A stretch of DNA of 64,000 nucleotides from positions 205,431 through 269,430 of the IMG/VR virus record IMGVR_UViG_3300042934_000594; one strand, 5' to 3'. The notes below the pieces were generated by a model that was not told the DNA's origin, made no database searches, and saw only the letters and a program-made list of their open reading frames with translations. Made by a program: the position numbers and the translations under genes. Positions 9,467-18,830 of the stretch are shown here, in pieces. Within the stretch, counting starts at the first letter, position 1, and each line of letters begins with the position of its first letter.

Positions 9467-11125
9467 TTAACTTTCCTTGAATCCGGTCATGTAGCGCAGG
9501 GTCAAGTCAAGCGGTTGGATTGCCACACTGAAGGACAGTCCACCGGCAGCCTGGATATACGCAGCGCGGGTTGTGAAGTGGTGATCGGTTTCAGCGATCG
9601 CCTCTTTGGAGTACAGCGAGTTGACCGACACGGTGTCTCCGTCAAAGTCCGCACCCAAAGGCGCCAGACGGGCGGGGGAGATACTGGTGGAGTCATGGTA
9701 CTGCATGACCTGACCTTGGGCCAACGTGGGGTACTCGTAGGCTTCAGGCAGGTCAGCGTCGACCTCCCAGTTTGACCCCAATTGCTTGAGGTGCAAGCCT
9801 GCCACGGTGGTCTTGACGTATTGCTTGGAGGGGATCGAGGAGTTGTAGTTCTCCACAGGGTAGCGGGTGACGAACGCTGAGTTATCCGACCACATCGGCA
9901 GGCCGACAATGTAGATCAACTCCACGTAGGTCAATGGGCGCACCAAGTTGCGATCAAAGTCTGGTGGGAAGTCTTCCATGTCACGAAACACCCGGAAGGC
10001 ATCGGCACTGACATACACCAGACCCAGGTAGTGTCCGGCGATCTCAATCGGCCGCCCCCGTTTTTCCAGCACGGAGAGTTCGTTAACGACCTTCTCCATG
10101 CCTTCCTCAGTACCCCACCGGTCCATGTCCTGGTTGGAGATCTCCACCCATTCAAGCTTCAGGGTTTCCTTGTTGATCAATTCCACCCGGTTGGCGGTGG
10201 TGTCAAACACCTGACCGATGGGGTGGGTGCGCAGGTGATAGATGGTCTTGGGCAAGACCGACTTGGCAGCCTGGTACACCCCGATCACCGTGTCGTTGAA
10301 CTTGGGCCGGTTAGGGGCATCCAGGTCCGCGGTGGTGGTGTCGAGTGAGGAGATCACGTTACGGGTACCGTTGAAGATCCGGCGACCCGCCCAGCGGTCT
10401 TGAATAAAACCGCGCTTGCCAGAGATCAGGTTCTCGATGTAATCGTACAGCCCTGCGAACTGAAGCATTAAGTTGTAGCGAGTCCGGTCGTACGTTGACA
10501 GGTCGTCGCGTGGGTTGATGCGCTCTGGGAAGTTACGCACCAACATCAACACCCGTTGGTAAAACTCGTTGATCTCAGGCAGCGACGGGCGGCCATCGGA
10601 TTCCACCTCGGCATCCCGCAGACCCGCCGGCATCACCAACAGGGTGGACAGTTCAGCGTTGTCACGGTATTGCTCGATCAACTGCAAGCGCACGGTGCGC
10701 ACCGAGGACTCGGTCTTGCCGAAACGGATCTGCTTCCAGTGTTTGACAAAGAAGTCAAACCCAGTTTTGCCATCCAGTTCGTTGGCGGGGGTGAAGTCTC
10801 CCTTCTCCTCGTCAAACAGTGCGTACGAGGTGCCCTGCATGATCTCGCCGTAAAGGCCCCGCAGTTTGAGCAGGGTACGAAAGATCACCGGATGGAACAC
10901 GGTGACTTTCAGGTCGATGTAGCCAAAGCGTTGATCACGCAAGGGGTCTCCGACGCGACCAAAGATCACGGTGGAGAACAGGCCGGCGTCGTGGAAGTTC
11001 CCGCCAGGGCCATCAAAGATGTCCAAACTGGTCACGGGCTGCAACAACTTCAGCTGGGGGGCACTGGGCACCAACAGCGAGATGTTGAGGGGGAGTAGCG
11101 CCTTTTTCACGATTGAGACCCTCAT
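9467..11125 (-). CDS. virion RNA polymerase beta-prime-like subunit, catalytic part (phiKZ gp180-like)
   Basis: Catalytic GADFDGD; GLFSTVIFG, RFGYIDL, GKRGFIQ, GTRNVI, TRYP motifs. Confidence 0.93.
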   Translation of the reverse strand: MRVSIVKKALLPLNISLLVPSAPQLKLLQPVTSLDIFDGPGGNFHDAGLFSTVIFGRVGDPLRDQRFGYIDLKVTVFHPVIFRTLLKLRGLYGEIMQGTSYALFDEEKGDFTPANELDGKTGFDFFVKHWKQIRFGKTESSVRTVRLQLIEQYRDNAELSTLLVMPAGLRDAEVESDGRPSLPEINEFYQRVLMLVRNFPERINPRDDLSTYDRTRYNLMLQFAGLYDYIENLISGKRGFIQDRWAGRRIFNGTRNVISSLDTTTADLDAPNRPKFNDTVIGVYQAAKSVLPKTIYHLRTHPIGQVFDTTANRVELINKETLKLEWVEISNQDMDRWGTEEGMEKVVNELSVLEKRGRPIEIAGHYLGLVYVSADAFRVFRDMEDFPPDFDRNLVRPLTYVELIYIVGLPMWSDNSAFVTRYPVENYNSSIPSKQYVKTTVAGLHLKQLGSNWEVDADLPEAYEYPTLAQGQVMQYHDSTSISPARLAPLGADFDGDTVSVNSLYSKEAIAETDHHFTTRAAYIQAAGGLSFSVAIQPLDLTLRYMTGFKES

Positions 11126-11137
11126 CGCGTAGAACGA

Positions 11138-11165
11138 TATGATTGATTAAAGATGCCGGAGCATA
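11138..11165. promoter_or_regulatory. candidate divergent late promoters (TATG on each strand)
   Basis: TATG at 11138-11141 (+) and 11165-11162 (-) in a 43-bp divergent gap; TATG is the known phiKZ late consensus. Confidence 0.4.
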
Positions 11166-11168
11166 GCC

Positions 11169-14100
11169 ATGGCTACCAAGAAAACAAAACCCACCAACAA
11201 GCCGATGAAACTCGAGCCGTTGGATCTGGGGAACCTCGACGATTTTCTCGACGACAACCCCAACCCTGAAATCAAAAAGGGTGGGGCGCTGCGAGACCTG
11301 CGCCTTGGGTTTAAGAAAGGCTTTCTGGAACAAACAAAAGTCAAGACCCTGATGCGCAGCTTCCTGCGCACCGGTATTCCTGATGGGTACTCCCGTGCGT
11401 TTGGCGCTATTGACGACGCCAAGCGTACGGCAGACCAGATCTACCAGGATGTGAAGCAGACCAACGCGGCTGACTTCGACTTGATTGCTGAGAAAGCCGA
11501 ATCGCTGTTGCCAAAGCTCAAAGGCCGGCTCAACGATAAGCACTATCAGAAAATCGCTGACTCGATTGCCAGTAAGCGTGAAGACTTCAAGTACCTGGCT
11601 CGCCAACCACGCAATGCCGCCGAACGGGCGCGCATGCAACAGATGGCACAGCGTCAAGCGGATGAACAGAAGATTCAGGCTGAACTGTTCTCCGAATCGG
11701 AATCCAACGCCGACGCTCGCTTCCAAGCCGAGCGTGCTGAACGGGGGATCCGCGATAAAGTTTCCTCAGCGCGCTTTAACAGCATTGCGCAGAACATGGG
11801 CATTATTGCCGATGCGGCGTCGTCTGAAAAAGCTTACCGTGATCAAATTGGTTATACCCTACAACGTAAAGGCGTCGAGTTACAATTCCGCTCGTACTTT
11901 GCGTTGCGCGATTTGGTCAAGTACGCCGAGACCTCTTTGCAGGTCAATAAGGAAGCGTACGAAGCGATCGTTCGTAACACCGGCTTGCCTGATCACCTGA
12001 AATCCACCAGCGCTGAAATGGTGAACTTCACCGGTAAGCGTGCCGCCGCCAAGTATGCCGTCGACAAGCTGCCTGATTTCCTCGCGCAGTTCATGCCACA
12101 GATTCAGGCCAACTTGACTGGCATGGCCCGTCAAGGGATGTCGAGCCTGGGCATGGCGATGGGTGCTGGCGATGGCATGGACTTGGGGCAACTCAAGAAC
12201 AAGAAGTGGGAACTGCTGGGTCAGGGCTTGGGTGCTTTGGGTGGCAACTATGCTAAATCCAAAGTCATGCCGTTTGTGTCTCGCAAGACCAAACCGCATT
12301 TGGAGCGCCTGTCCAACAAGTACTTGGGTGGTGGCCATGACCTGGCCAACTACTACATGAACAACGCGTCCTCCTCGCTTCAGGACTGGACCCAGGACTA
12401 TGAAAACTCCGTGGGTGGTAAGGGCATTTTGCAGGACTTCCTGCGCATGGTCGTGCCACAGTACAGCCTGAACAATCAGCTCAAAGAGGGCGGTTATCAC
12501 ACCATTGATAAGCAGGCCGCCTTTAACCAGTTGACGCAGCGTTCGATCACCGAGATCATCCCGGGGTATCTGTCGCGTTTACTGCAAGAAGTACGCATGA
12601 TCCGCACCGGCAGTGATGACGTTGAACGGGAAACCTTCGACATCACCAAGGGTAAGTTCACGGGGATGAAAAACGCCCTGAAGAACCAACAAGACCGCAT
12701 CATCACCACGCAGCAACGCACTGCGGTCTCAGGGGCGCTGAACGATGCGCTGAGCAAGTTTGACGAGCAAGGTGAACTCTCCCCTGAAGCGCGTGCTGCG
12801 TTGTCTGAGCGCATTCTGCGGGACTCGGCCACCAATGGTCGGTTTGACCCAGGGCAGTACGCCAACGCCGCTGGCTACCGTCATGACACCGCACAAACCA
12901 CCACCGACGAGCTGCGTAAGTTCTTCGCGAACAAGTTTGAGTTGGACGCCAATGGCAAGACGGTTCGCAACGCTGCTAACAACGGTAAGCTGAACCAGTA
13001 CTCCGACGCCTTCTTGAATGTGCGTAACGTCACCGGGGATCCACGCACTGAGATCAAACGTTTGTTTGGCAGCGGTAACCATGAAATGCTGCGCGAGTTG
13101 GGGTTGGTAATCAACGAGAACGGCATGGACCGGATCAACTACGACAAAGTGTGGGAATTGTACCGCACGGACGTTCCTGGCGGCCCTGGAGGTGGTGGTC
13201 CAGGTGGCGGTGGACCGGGCGGTCCTGGCGGAGGTCCCGGTGGACCCGGTAACGGCCCTGGTGGACCTGGGGGTCCGGGCGATGTGTTTGACCCGAACAA
13301 CCCTCCGCCACCTGGCTCGAACACCATTCGGATTCTGCGTGACAAAGTCAAGCAGGCCGAGGACGCTGCGAAGCGACGCTTGGGAGGTCTTCGTGACCAA
13401 GCCGCTGACCGTGGGTTTGACCGTGCTTACCTGGGCGGTTTGGCTGCTAAGGTCAAAGGGAAGATGCCGGCCTTTAATACAGACGCGGTGTTGGATCGGA
13501 TTCGCAGCATTAAAATGCCGGATGTGGACCGTACCAAGCTGCTTGCCATGATTGGTGGGTTGCAGTTACCCAACATGCCGCCTGTGAACAAGCAGATGCT
13601 CACGCAGATGCTGTCCTCGGTGCGCATGCCGACCGTCGATCGTCAAGCCCTGTTGGCGATGCTGCCTGATGCCGGTCAAGCCAAACTGCAATTTGCGGGG
13701 ATGACCAACCGCTTTACCCCACGTCAACCGTTGGCGTTGCCACACCTGGACGCCTTGCGTGAACGCGGTGGGGCGATGATGCCGTCGGGCTTGCCAAGCT
13801 TTAACATGCCAGGCCTGCCGGGCTTCCAGATGCCAACCTTCAACCTACAGGGCTTGCCAAGCAAAGCCTCGTTGGGCGAACACCTGAGCAAGTTGGGTGA
13901 CCGTCTGCCGAAGGTGGACTTGGACATGATCCGTGACACTGCCAGCCGCTTGCCGAAACTGGACAAGAAAGAACTGGCGGTCTACGGCGCTTTGGGTCGA
14001 GCCAAAGGTCAGGAAGTCATCAAGAAGTTGCTGGGTGCCGGTGAGCAAGGCATGGCCTGCATTAAAGGCCTGTTGGAATCGGGAATGGTAACCGGGGAGT

Positions 14101-17100
14101 CGATGTACCAAGTCGCCACCGATCCTAAGTTGGTGGACGACGTGACGTCCCAAGCCATCGCCCTGGGCAGCTCGCTGCGCAGTCAGGCGCAGAACGCATT
14201 GGGTTCTGACCCGGTGAGTAAACTGCAACTCAAACTGGCTGAAGGCAAGGACGTGGTGGTCGGTAAAGCGGGGGCTGCGGCAGAGGTGGTCAATGACCTC
14301 TATGTCAAGGGCACCAACGAGCTGGCTATCCGTGCTGCGGATCTTGAGGCCGGTAACCTGATCGACGCTACCTCTAAACAGGTGATCACCAAACTCGAAG
14401 ACATTAAAGGCACTGTCATTGACAAGGCTGGGAATGTGCGAGTGACCGCGGCGCAGTTGGGTCGAGGTCTGGTGGACGCTTACGGTGAAGTCAAAGCCTT
14501 GGTACCGTTCAAAGGGGCCATGGCGTGGGCGGGCAAGCAGTACGCGGCAGCAGCGGGGGCTTACTGGACATGGTTGGCCGGTAACTTCCAAGGCAAGAAC
14601 GCGCTGATGGGTACCCAGGGTGTGCAGGATCTGTACCTACCGGGTCGTAAAGAACCGGTACTGCTGGCACGTGACATTGAAGCCGGCCTGTACATCAACC
14701 AGGAAACCAATCGGCCGATCGAGTCGTTGGATGACATCACAGGTCCTGTGGTCGATCAGAACGCTCAGGTGGTGCTGACCAGTGCCGACATTGAGAAGGG
14801 CCTCTACACCGCTCAAGGCGGTAAGGTCAAACTCAGTCGCTTTAAGATCCTCTCAGGGGTGATCAAAGCAGGTCTGTCGCCGGCCACGACCTTGATCAAG
14901 GCTCAGCTCTGGCTGGCCAAGAAGGTCGCCACCATTGCTATCAAGTCGGTCATGGTGTTGGATGCGTACCTGCCGGGCGTTAAAGAGCCGCTACTGCGTT
15001 CGAGTGTGCTTAAGAACGGTGGTTACTTCTACGCTGACGGCCGCCCGATCCGTTCGTTCGACGACCTGCGTGATGGGGTCTTTGATGAGCGGGGTAATGA
15101 ATTGGTCTCCGCCGAGGAGATCCCTCACCTGATCAACCGCGATGGCTCCAAGCACACCGCCGCCAAGCGTCGCAGCTTGGTGCGCAAGTGGGGCAAGAAG
15201 ATCCTGACTGCGCCGTTTAAGGCAGTCGGTCGCGGTTACATGAAACTCACCAAGGGTTATTACAACTGGCTGGGGAGTAAGTTCAGCGGGGGACGTAAAG
15301 GTAAAGCGGGTCAGCCGTTGTCACCTGAACTGCAAGCGATCATTGCCAAGCGCGGTGGTAAGGGAACCGACCCTATCGGCACCCCAACCGATGCCTTGCT
15401 CGCTAACATTGCTCAAACCCTGGACCGTCGTTTGCCTAAGGAAGCGCCAACTGAAGGCAGCTGGCAACAACAGCTGGCTGAACGTGAAGCGCTGGAAGCC
15501 CAGGCACGGGCGAAGAAAGCCGCCAAGGATCCTCGCGACCCGAAAGGGAAGAAGGAGAAAGGGTTGCTGGAACGCCTGGCCGCGAAACTGGGTGCCGGGA
15601 AGGCGGCGGGTGAGGAAGAGGAAGGCGGTGGTATCGGGGACATCAACATCGGAGAAGGTGAGGAGAAGGATAAGCCTCGCAGTCGTCGAGACCGTGCCCG
15701 TGATCGCCTGCGTCGTCGTAAAGAAGCCAAGTATGGGCGGTTCCGTAAGGGCATCCTGCGTGGCGGGCGTGCGGTGATGAACTCAGGGGTGGGTCGTGCC
15801 GCAGGGTCCTTGGGCATGAATGCTGCACGCCTAGGTGCCACGGCGCTGCTCGGTGAGGGCGCTGTAGCCGCATTGGGTACCGGTGCGTCCATGCTCGGTG
15901 GGGGTCTGGCATCGGCCGGTGGTGCATTGGCTACCGGAGCAACGGCAATCGCTGGGATTCTCTCAGCGCCAGTGGTCTTGGGGGTTTTGGGTGTGGCTGC
16001 CGTCGGGGCGGGTGCGTACTGGCTCTACAGCCGCGACCGCGACTCGTCAGGGGACTTCCGTGAGTTCCGTCTGGATCAGTACGGGATCGGTAACGATTCC
16101 ACCAGCCGGGCATTGAAGATCCTCAACCTGGAAGCCGCATTGGAAGCCAGCGCCTCGAAAGGGGCTGAACCACAGTTGAACATCTCGGCTGAGAATGCGT
16201 CGAAGCTGGTTGATATCGTCGGACTGGACATGAACGATCCGCAGAAACTGGCGGAGTTCGGTAAGTGGGTCGACCTGCGATTCAAACCGGTGTTCTTCAC
16301 CTACCTGCGTGCCATGAAAACCATGGGCTTGAACTGCAAGGTCAACGAGCTGGATGATAAGCTCTTGCCTGAACAGAAAGCCGGCTTCTTGGAACTGGTG
16401 CGCATGTCCACGGGTGCGGACTCGCCATACGCGTTCACCGCGTCCCCGTTTGCCGATGGGGACCCACTGACCGTTACCGCCGAACAGGTCACCAAGCATT
16501 ACGAGGAGCTCAAGGCGAAGTTTGCCAAAGACGCCCCAAGTAAGGACACCACCAAAACCGCAGAGACTGAGAAGTCCACTGGAGCTGCTGCTGTGGCAGC
16601 AGGTGCTGCGGCAGTGGGGGCTACCGGGGCAGTTAACGCTGCTGCGGCTGCTTCAGGTGTACCTGCCCCAAGCAACGTCATTCCGTTTGTCGCTAAAGGC
16701 ACTGGCCCCTCGACTGGGGTCATGGGTAAGCTGACGGCTGGGACGGCCTCAGTCACGGCATTCACAGGCAACAAGGTCTCGGCCTTGCAAGCCATCCGCA
16801 TGCGTGCGTACGGCCTCTTCGGATTGTCGGTCTCGCGGGTGTCGGCGTTGATGTCGATTGAGGAAATCGTCTTTGCGGGGGTGCAAACCTCCACAGGCGG
16901 TTTGTCGGAGTTCACCGGGGATCAGGAAACGTTCCTGGATGACGCTGCGACGGCACTGGGCTTTAACATCGCAGACCCTGCTTCTCAAGAGCGGGTGGAT
17001 TTCATCAACTGGGTGCAGTACCGTTTCATGCCCGTGGTGTTGACCTACTGTTCAGCGGTGAAGAACCAGGACGCGTCGATTCAAATGGCGCGGGTGGAAC

Positions 17101-18779
17101 AAGGAATGTCTGCCATCGGTAAGGTGGGTGTAGCCAATGCGTTGATTGCCGCGACCAGCGACTACAATGACGACAAGGTGTCGGTCTGGAAGGTGCCTAG
17201 CATTCTTCTGCCGACTGCGCCTGAGCAGGTGATGTTGGACCTGGCCAAGGCTGACTTGAAGGCATTGCAGGATGAAGCCGACAAGGTCAAACTCAATACC
17301 CCAACCCAATCGGGCGCTGCGCAAAACGCGGCGGCTAATGGTGGGAGTGCGGCCATGGTCGCAGGGGCTGAGATGGCCGGCAGTAAGTCGGGGGCTGAGT
17401 CAGGGGGCTTCCTGAACGGGGTGAACAACTTCGTAGCCGGTGTTGAGGACTCGATCTCCAATGCAGCGTCCAAGGTAGGGGATTCTATCTCCAGTGCTGC
17501 CTCGGGTGCCAAGAACACCGTTAAAGGGTGGTTGGGGATGGACGACAACAAGCCGTCGACACCAGGAGGCACCATTGGCGGTGCGGGTAACGTTACGGCG
17601 ATGGCCAAGGGTAATGGCGGTAGCTGGGAGAGTGTGCCGATGCCAACGGCCAAGACGCGGGCAGGTTGTATGCCTTCGTTCTTGAAGATCCAGGACCTGT
17701 CGGGGATGGACGCTAACCTGTTGGCCACGTTCGCCTCGATTGAGTCGAACTTCAACTGGGAAGTTAAAGCCTCGACGTCGTCCGCCACAGGTTGGTTCCA
17801 GTTCATCAACGCGACCTGGGACTACATCTTGAAGTTAGCCGGTGGTAAATACGGTTGCCCTCAGGATGACGGTGCACGCTCCTTGCGTAAAGACCCACGG
17901 ATCAACGGTTTGATGGGGGCCGAGTACATTAAGCTCAGTTACGAGACGCTGTCCAAAGGCTTAGGCCGGGCTCCAACGGACACCGACTTGTACATGGCGC
18001 ACTTCCTCGGTCCAGGCACAGCGGTGAAGTTCCTGAAAATGGACAAAAACACCGATGCTGTGAACGCCTTCCCGCAACAGGCAGGTGCCAACAAATCGAT
18101 CTTCTTCAAGAAGGGTGGTTCGCACAACACCTGTGGAGAGGTCTACGCCATCATGGACGCCAAGGTGGCCAAGCACCGCGGTGCAGGCGGGACATCGGTG
18201 ACCAAGCAAGTCTTGCCCGGTGACACCGATCCGGTAGCAGCTGCTGAAGCGCAAGCTAAGGCCACTGCCGCCAGTGCAGCAGATGGGATTCAGCAGACCC
18301 CTGGTTTGCCGAACGCTGCCAACGATCCGTCTGCCGCAGCACCAAACCTCAGCCAAGCCACCAACGCTACGGTCAACCCGTTGAATGCCCAAGCCGCTAC
18401 CGGCACTGCCGGCACGCAAGGCACCTCGGGGGCGCCTAACGCACCGGTGGGTTCAGGTCAGGACGATCCCACCCTGCAAGCGTCGCAGAACGCTCAGATG
18501 CAACAAGCTCAAGCGCAAGACAAAACGCGCGCGGCGCAAGTCCAAGACCAGCAAGCTGCAAGCAAGTCGGCCATGGACATTCAAAGCAAGCAGCTTGATG
18601 AGCTTGTGGAGATGAAAGGGTATCTGAAGACGATTGCTGACAACATGGGACTGCTCAAACCTTCGGGGACGAGTCAGGTTGCACCCGCGTCGTCTGGCAA
18701 TGCTATAGACAACTCTGCACCGCAGCGTACTGATCGCAGTGTCGGCCAAGGCCGTCCACCGCTTCAGATGACTCGCTAA
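11169..18779 (+). CDS. giant tail-associated lytic transglycosylase (phiKZ gp181-like)
   Basis: 2536 aa; C-terminal SLT motifs FASIESNFN, SSATGWFQFINATW, LYMAHFLG; central hydrophobic segment; synteny. Confidence 0.9.
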   Translation: MATKKTKPTNKPMKLEPLDLGNLDDFLDDNPNPEIKKGGALRDLRLGFKKGFLEQTKVKTLMRSFLRTGIPDGYSRAFGAIDDAKRTADQIYQDVKQTNAADFDLIAEKAESLLPKLKGRLNDKHYQKIADSIASKREDFKYLARQPRNAAERARMQQMAQRQADEQKIQAELFSESESNADARFQAERAERGIRDKVSSARFNSIAQNMGIIADAASSEKAYRDQIGYTLQRKGVELQFRSYFALRDLVKYAETSLQVNKEAYEAIVRNTGLPDHLKSTSAEMVNFTGKRAAAKYAVDKLPDFLAQFMPQIQANLTGMARQGMSSLGMAMGAGDGMDLGQLKNKKWELLGQGLGALGGNYAKSKVMPFVSRKTKPHLERLSNKYLGGGHDLANYYMNNASSSLQDWTQDYENSVGGKGILQDFLRMVVPQYSLNNQLKEGGYHTIDKQAAFNQLTQRSITEIIPGYLSRLLQEVRMIRTGSDDVERETFDITKGKFTGMKNALKNQQDRIITTQQRTAVSGALNDALSKFDEQGELSPEARAALSERILRDSATNGRFDPGQYANAAGYRHDTAQTTTDELRKFFANKFELDANGKTVRNAANNGKLNQYSDAFLNVRNVTGDPRTEIKRLFGSGNHEMLRELGLVINENGMDRINYDKVWELYRTDVPGGPGGGGPGGGGPGGPGGGPGGPGNGPGGPGGPGDVFDPNNPPPPGSNTIRILRDKVKQAEDAAKRRLGGLRDQAADRGFDRAYLGGLAAKVKGKMPAFNTDAVLDRIRSIKMPDVDRTKLLAMIGGLQLPNMPPVNKQMLTQMLSSVRMPTVDRQALLAMLPDAGQAKLQFAGMTNRFTPRQPLALPHLDALRERGGAMMPSGLPSFNMPGLPGFQMPTFNLQGLPSKASLGEHLSKLGDRLPKVDLDMIRDTASRLPKLDKKELAVYGALGRAKGQEVIKKLLGAGEQGMACIKGLLESGMVTGESMYQVATDPKLVDDVTSQAIALGSSLRSQAQNALGSDPVSKLQLKLAEGKDVVVGKAGAAAEVVNDLYVKGTNELAIRAADLEAGNLIDATSKQVITKLEDIKGTVIDKAGNVRVTAAQLGRGLVDAYGEVKALVPFKGAMAWAGKQYAAAAGAYWTWLAGNFQGKNALMGTQGVQDLYLPGRKEPVLLARDIEAGLYINQETNRPIESLDDITGPVVDQNAQVVLTSADIEKGLYTAQGGKVKLSRFKILSGVIKAGLSPATTLIKAQLWLAKKVATIAIKSVMVLDAYLPGVKEPLLRSSVLKNGGYFYADGRPIRSFDDLRDGVFDERGNELVSAEEIPHLINRDGSKHTAAKRRSLVRKWGKKILTAPFKAVGRGYMKLTKGYYNWLGSKFSGGRKGKAGQPLSPELQAIIAKRGGKGTDPIGTPTDALLANIAQTLDRRLPKEAPTEGSWQQQLAEREALEAQARAKKAAKDPRDPKGKKEKGLLERLAAKLGAGKAAGEEEEGGGIGDINIGEGEEKDKPRSRRDRARDRLRRRKEAKYGRFRKGILRGGRAVMNSGVGRAAGSLGMNAARLGATALLGEGAVAALGTGASMLGGGLASAGGALATGATAIAGILSAPVVLGVLGVAAVGAGAYWLYSRDRDSSGDFREFRLDQYGIGNDSTSRALKILNLEAALEASASKGAEPQLNISAENASKLVDIVGLDMNDPQKLAEFGKWVDLRFKPVFFTYLRAMKTMGLNCKVNELDDKLLPEQKAGFLELVRMSTGADSPYAFTASPFADGDPLTVTAEQVTKHYEELKAKFAKDAPSKDTTKTAETEKSTGAAAVAAGAAAVGATGAVNAAAAASGVPAPSNVIPFVAKGTGPSTGVMGKLTAGTASVTAFTGNKVSALQAIRMRAYGLFGLSVSRVSALMSIEEIVFAGVQTSTGGLSEFTGDQETFLDDAATALGFNIADPASQERVDFINWVQYRFMPVVLTYCSAVKNQDASIQMARVEQGMSAIGKVGVANALIAATSDYNDDKVSVWKVPSILLPTAPEQVMLDLAKADLKALQDEADKVKLNTPTQSGAAQNAAANGGSAAMVAGAEMAGSKSGAESGGFLNGVNNFVAGVEDSISNAASKVGDSISSAASGAKNTVKGWLGMDDNKPSTPGGTIGGAGNVTAMAKGNGGSWESVPMPTAKTRAGCMPSFLKIQDLSGMDANLLATFASIESNFNWEVKASTSSATGWFQFINATWDYILKLAGGKYGCPQDDGARSLRKDPRINGLMGAEYIKLSYETLSKGLGRAPTDTDLYMAHFLGPGTAVKFLKMDKNTDAVNAFPQQAGANKSIFFKKGGSHNTCGEVYAIMDAKVAKHRGAGGTSVTKQVLPGDTDPVAAAEAQAKATAASAADGIQQTPGLPNAANDPSAAAPNLSQATNATVNPLNAQAATGTAGTQGTSGAPNAPVGSGQDDPTLQASQNAQMQQAQAQDKTRAAQVQDQQAASKSAMDIQSKQLDELVEMKGYLKTIADNMGLLKPSGTSQVAPASSGNAIDNSAPQRTDRSVGQGRPPLQMTR
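13174..13280 (+). repeat. Gly-Pro low-complexity coding repeat
   Basis: PGGPGGGGPGGGGPGGPGGGPGGPGNGPGGPGGPG. Confidence 0.85.
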
Positions 18780-18787
18780 CTGGCACC

Positions 18788-18818
18788 GGAGTCCCCTTCG
18801 TGGGGACTCCTTTATTTT
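18788..18818 (+). terminator. intrinsic terminator
   Basis: GGAGTCCCC-TTCGT-GGGGACTCC followed by TTTATTTT. Confidence 0.85.
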
Positions 18819-18830
18819 CGGGAACTCACT

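Noticed and set aside
5070-11125. Introns, inteins or homing endonucleases in the RNAP genes
   Set aside because: Both frames are continuous and 2 bp apart; no intein or endonuclease motifs seen
13174-13280. Collagen-like domain or DNA tandem array
   Set aside because: Short, irregular Gly-Gly-Pro tract with varied codons; low-complexity linker
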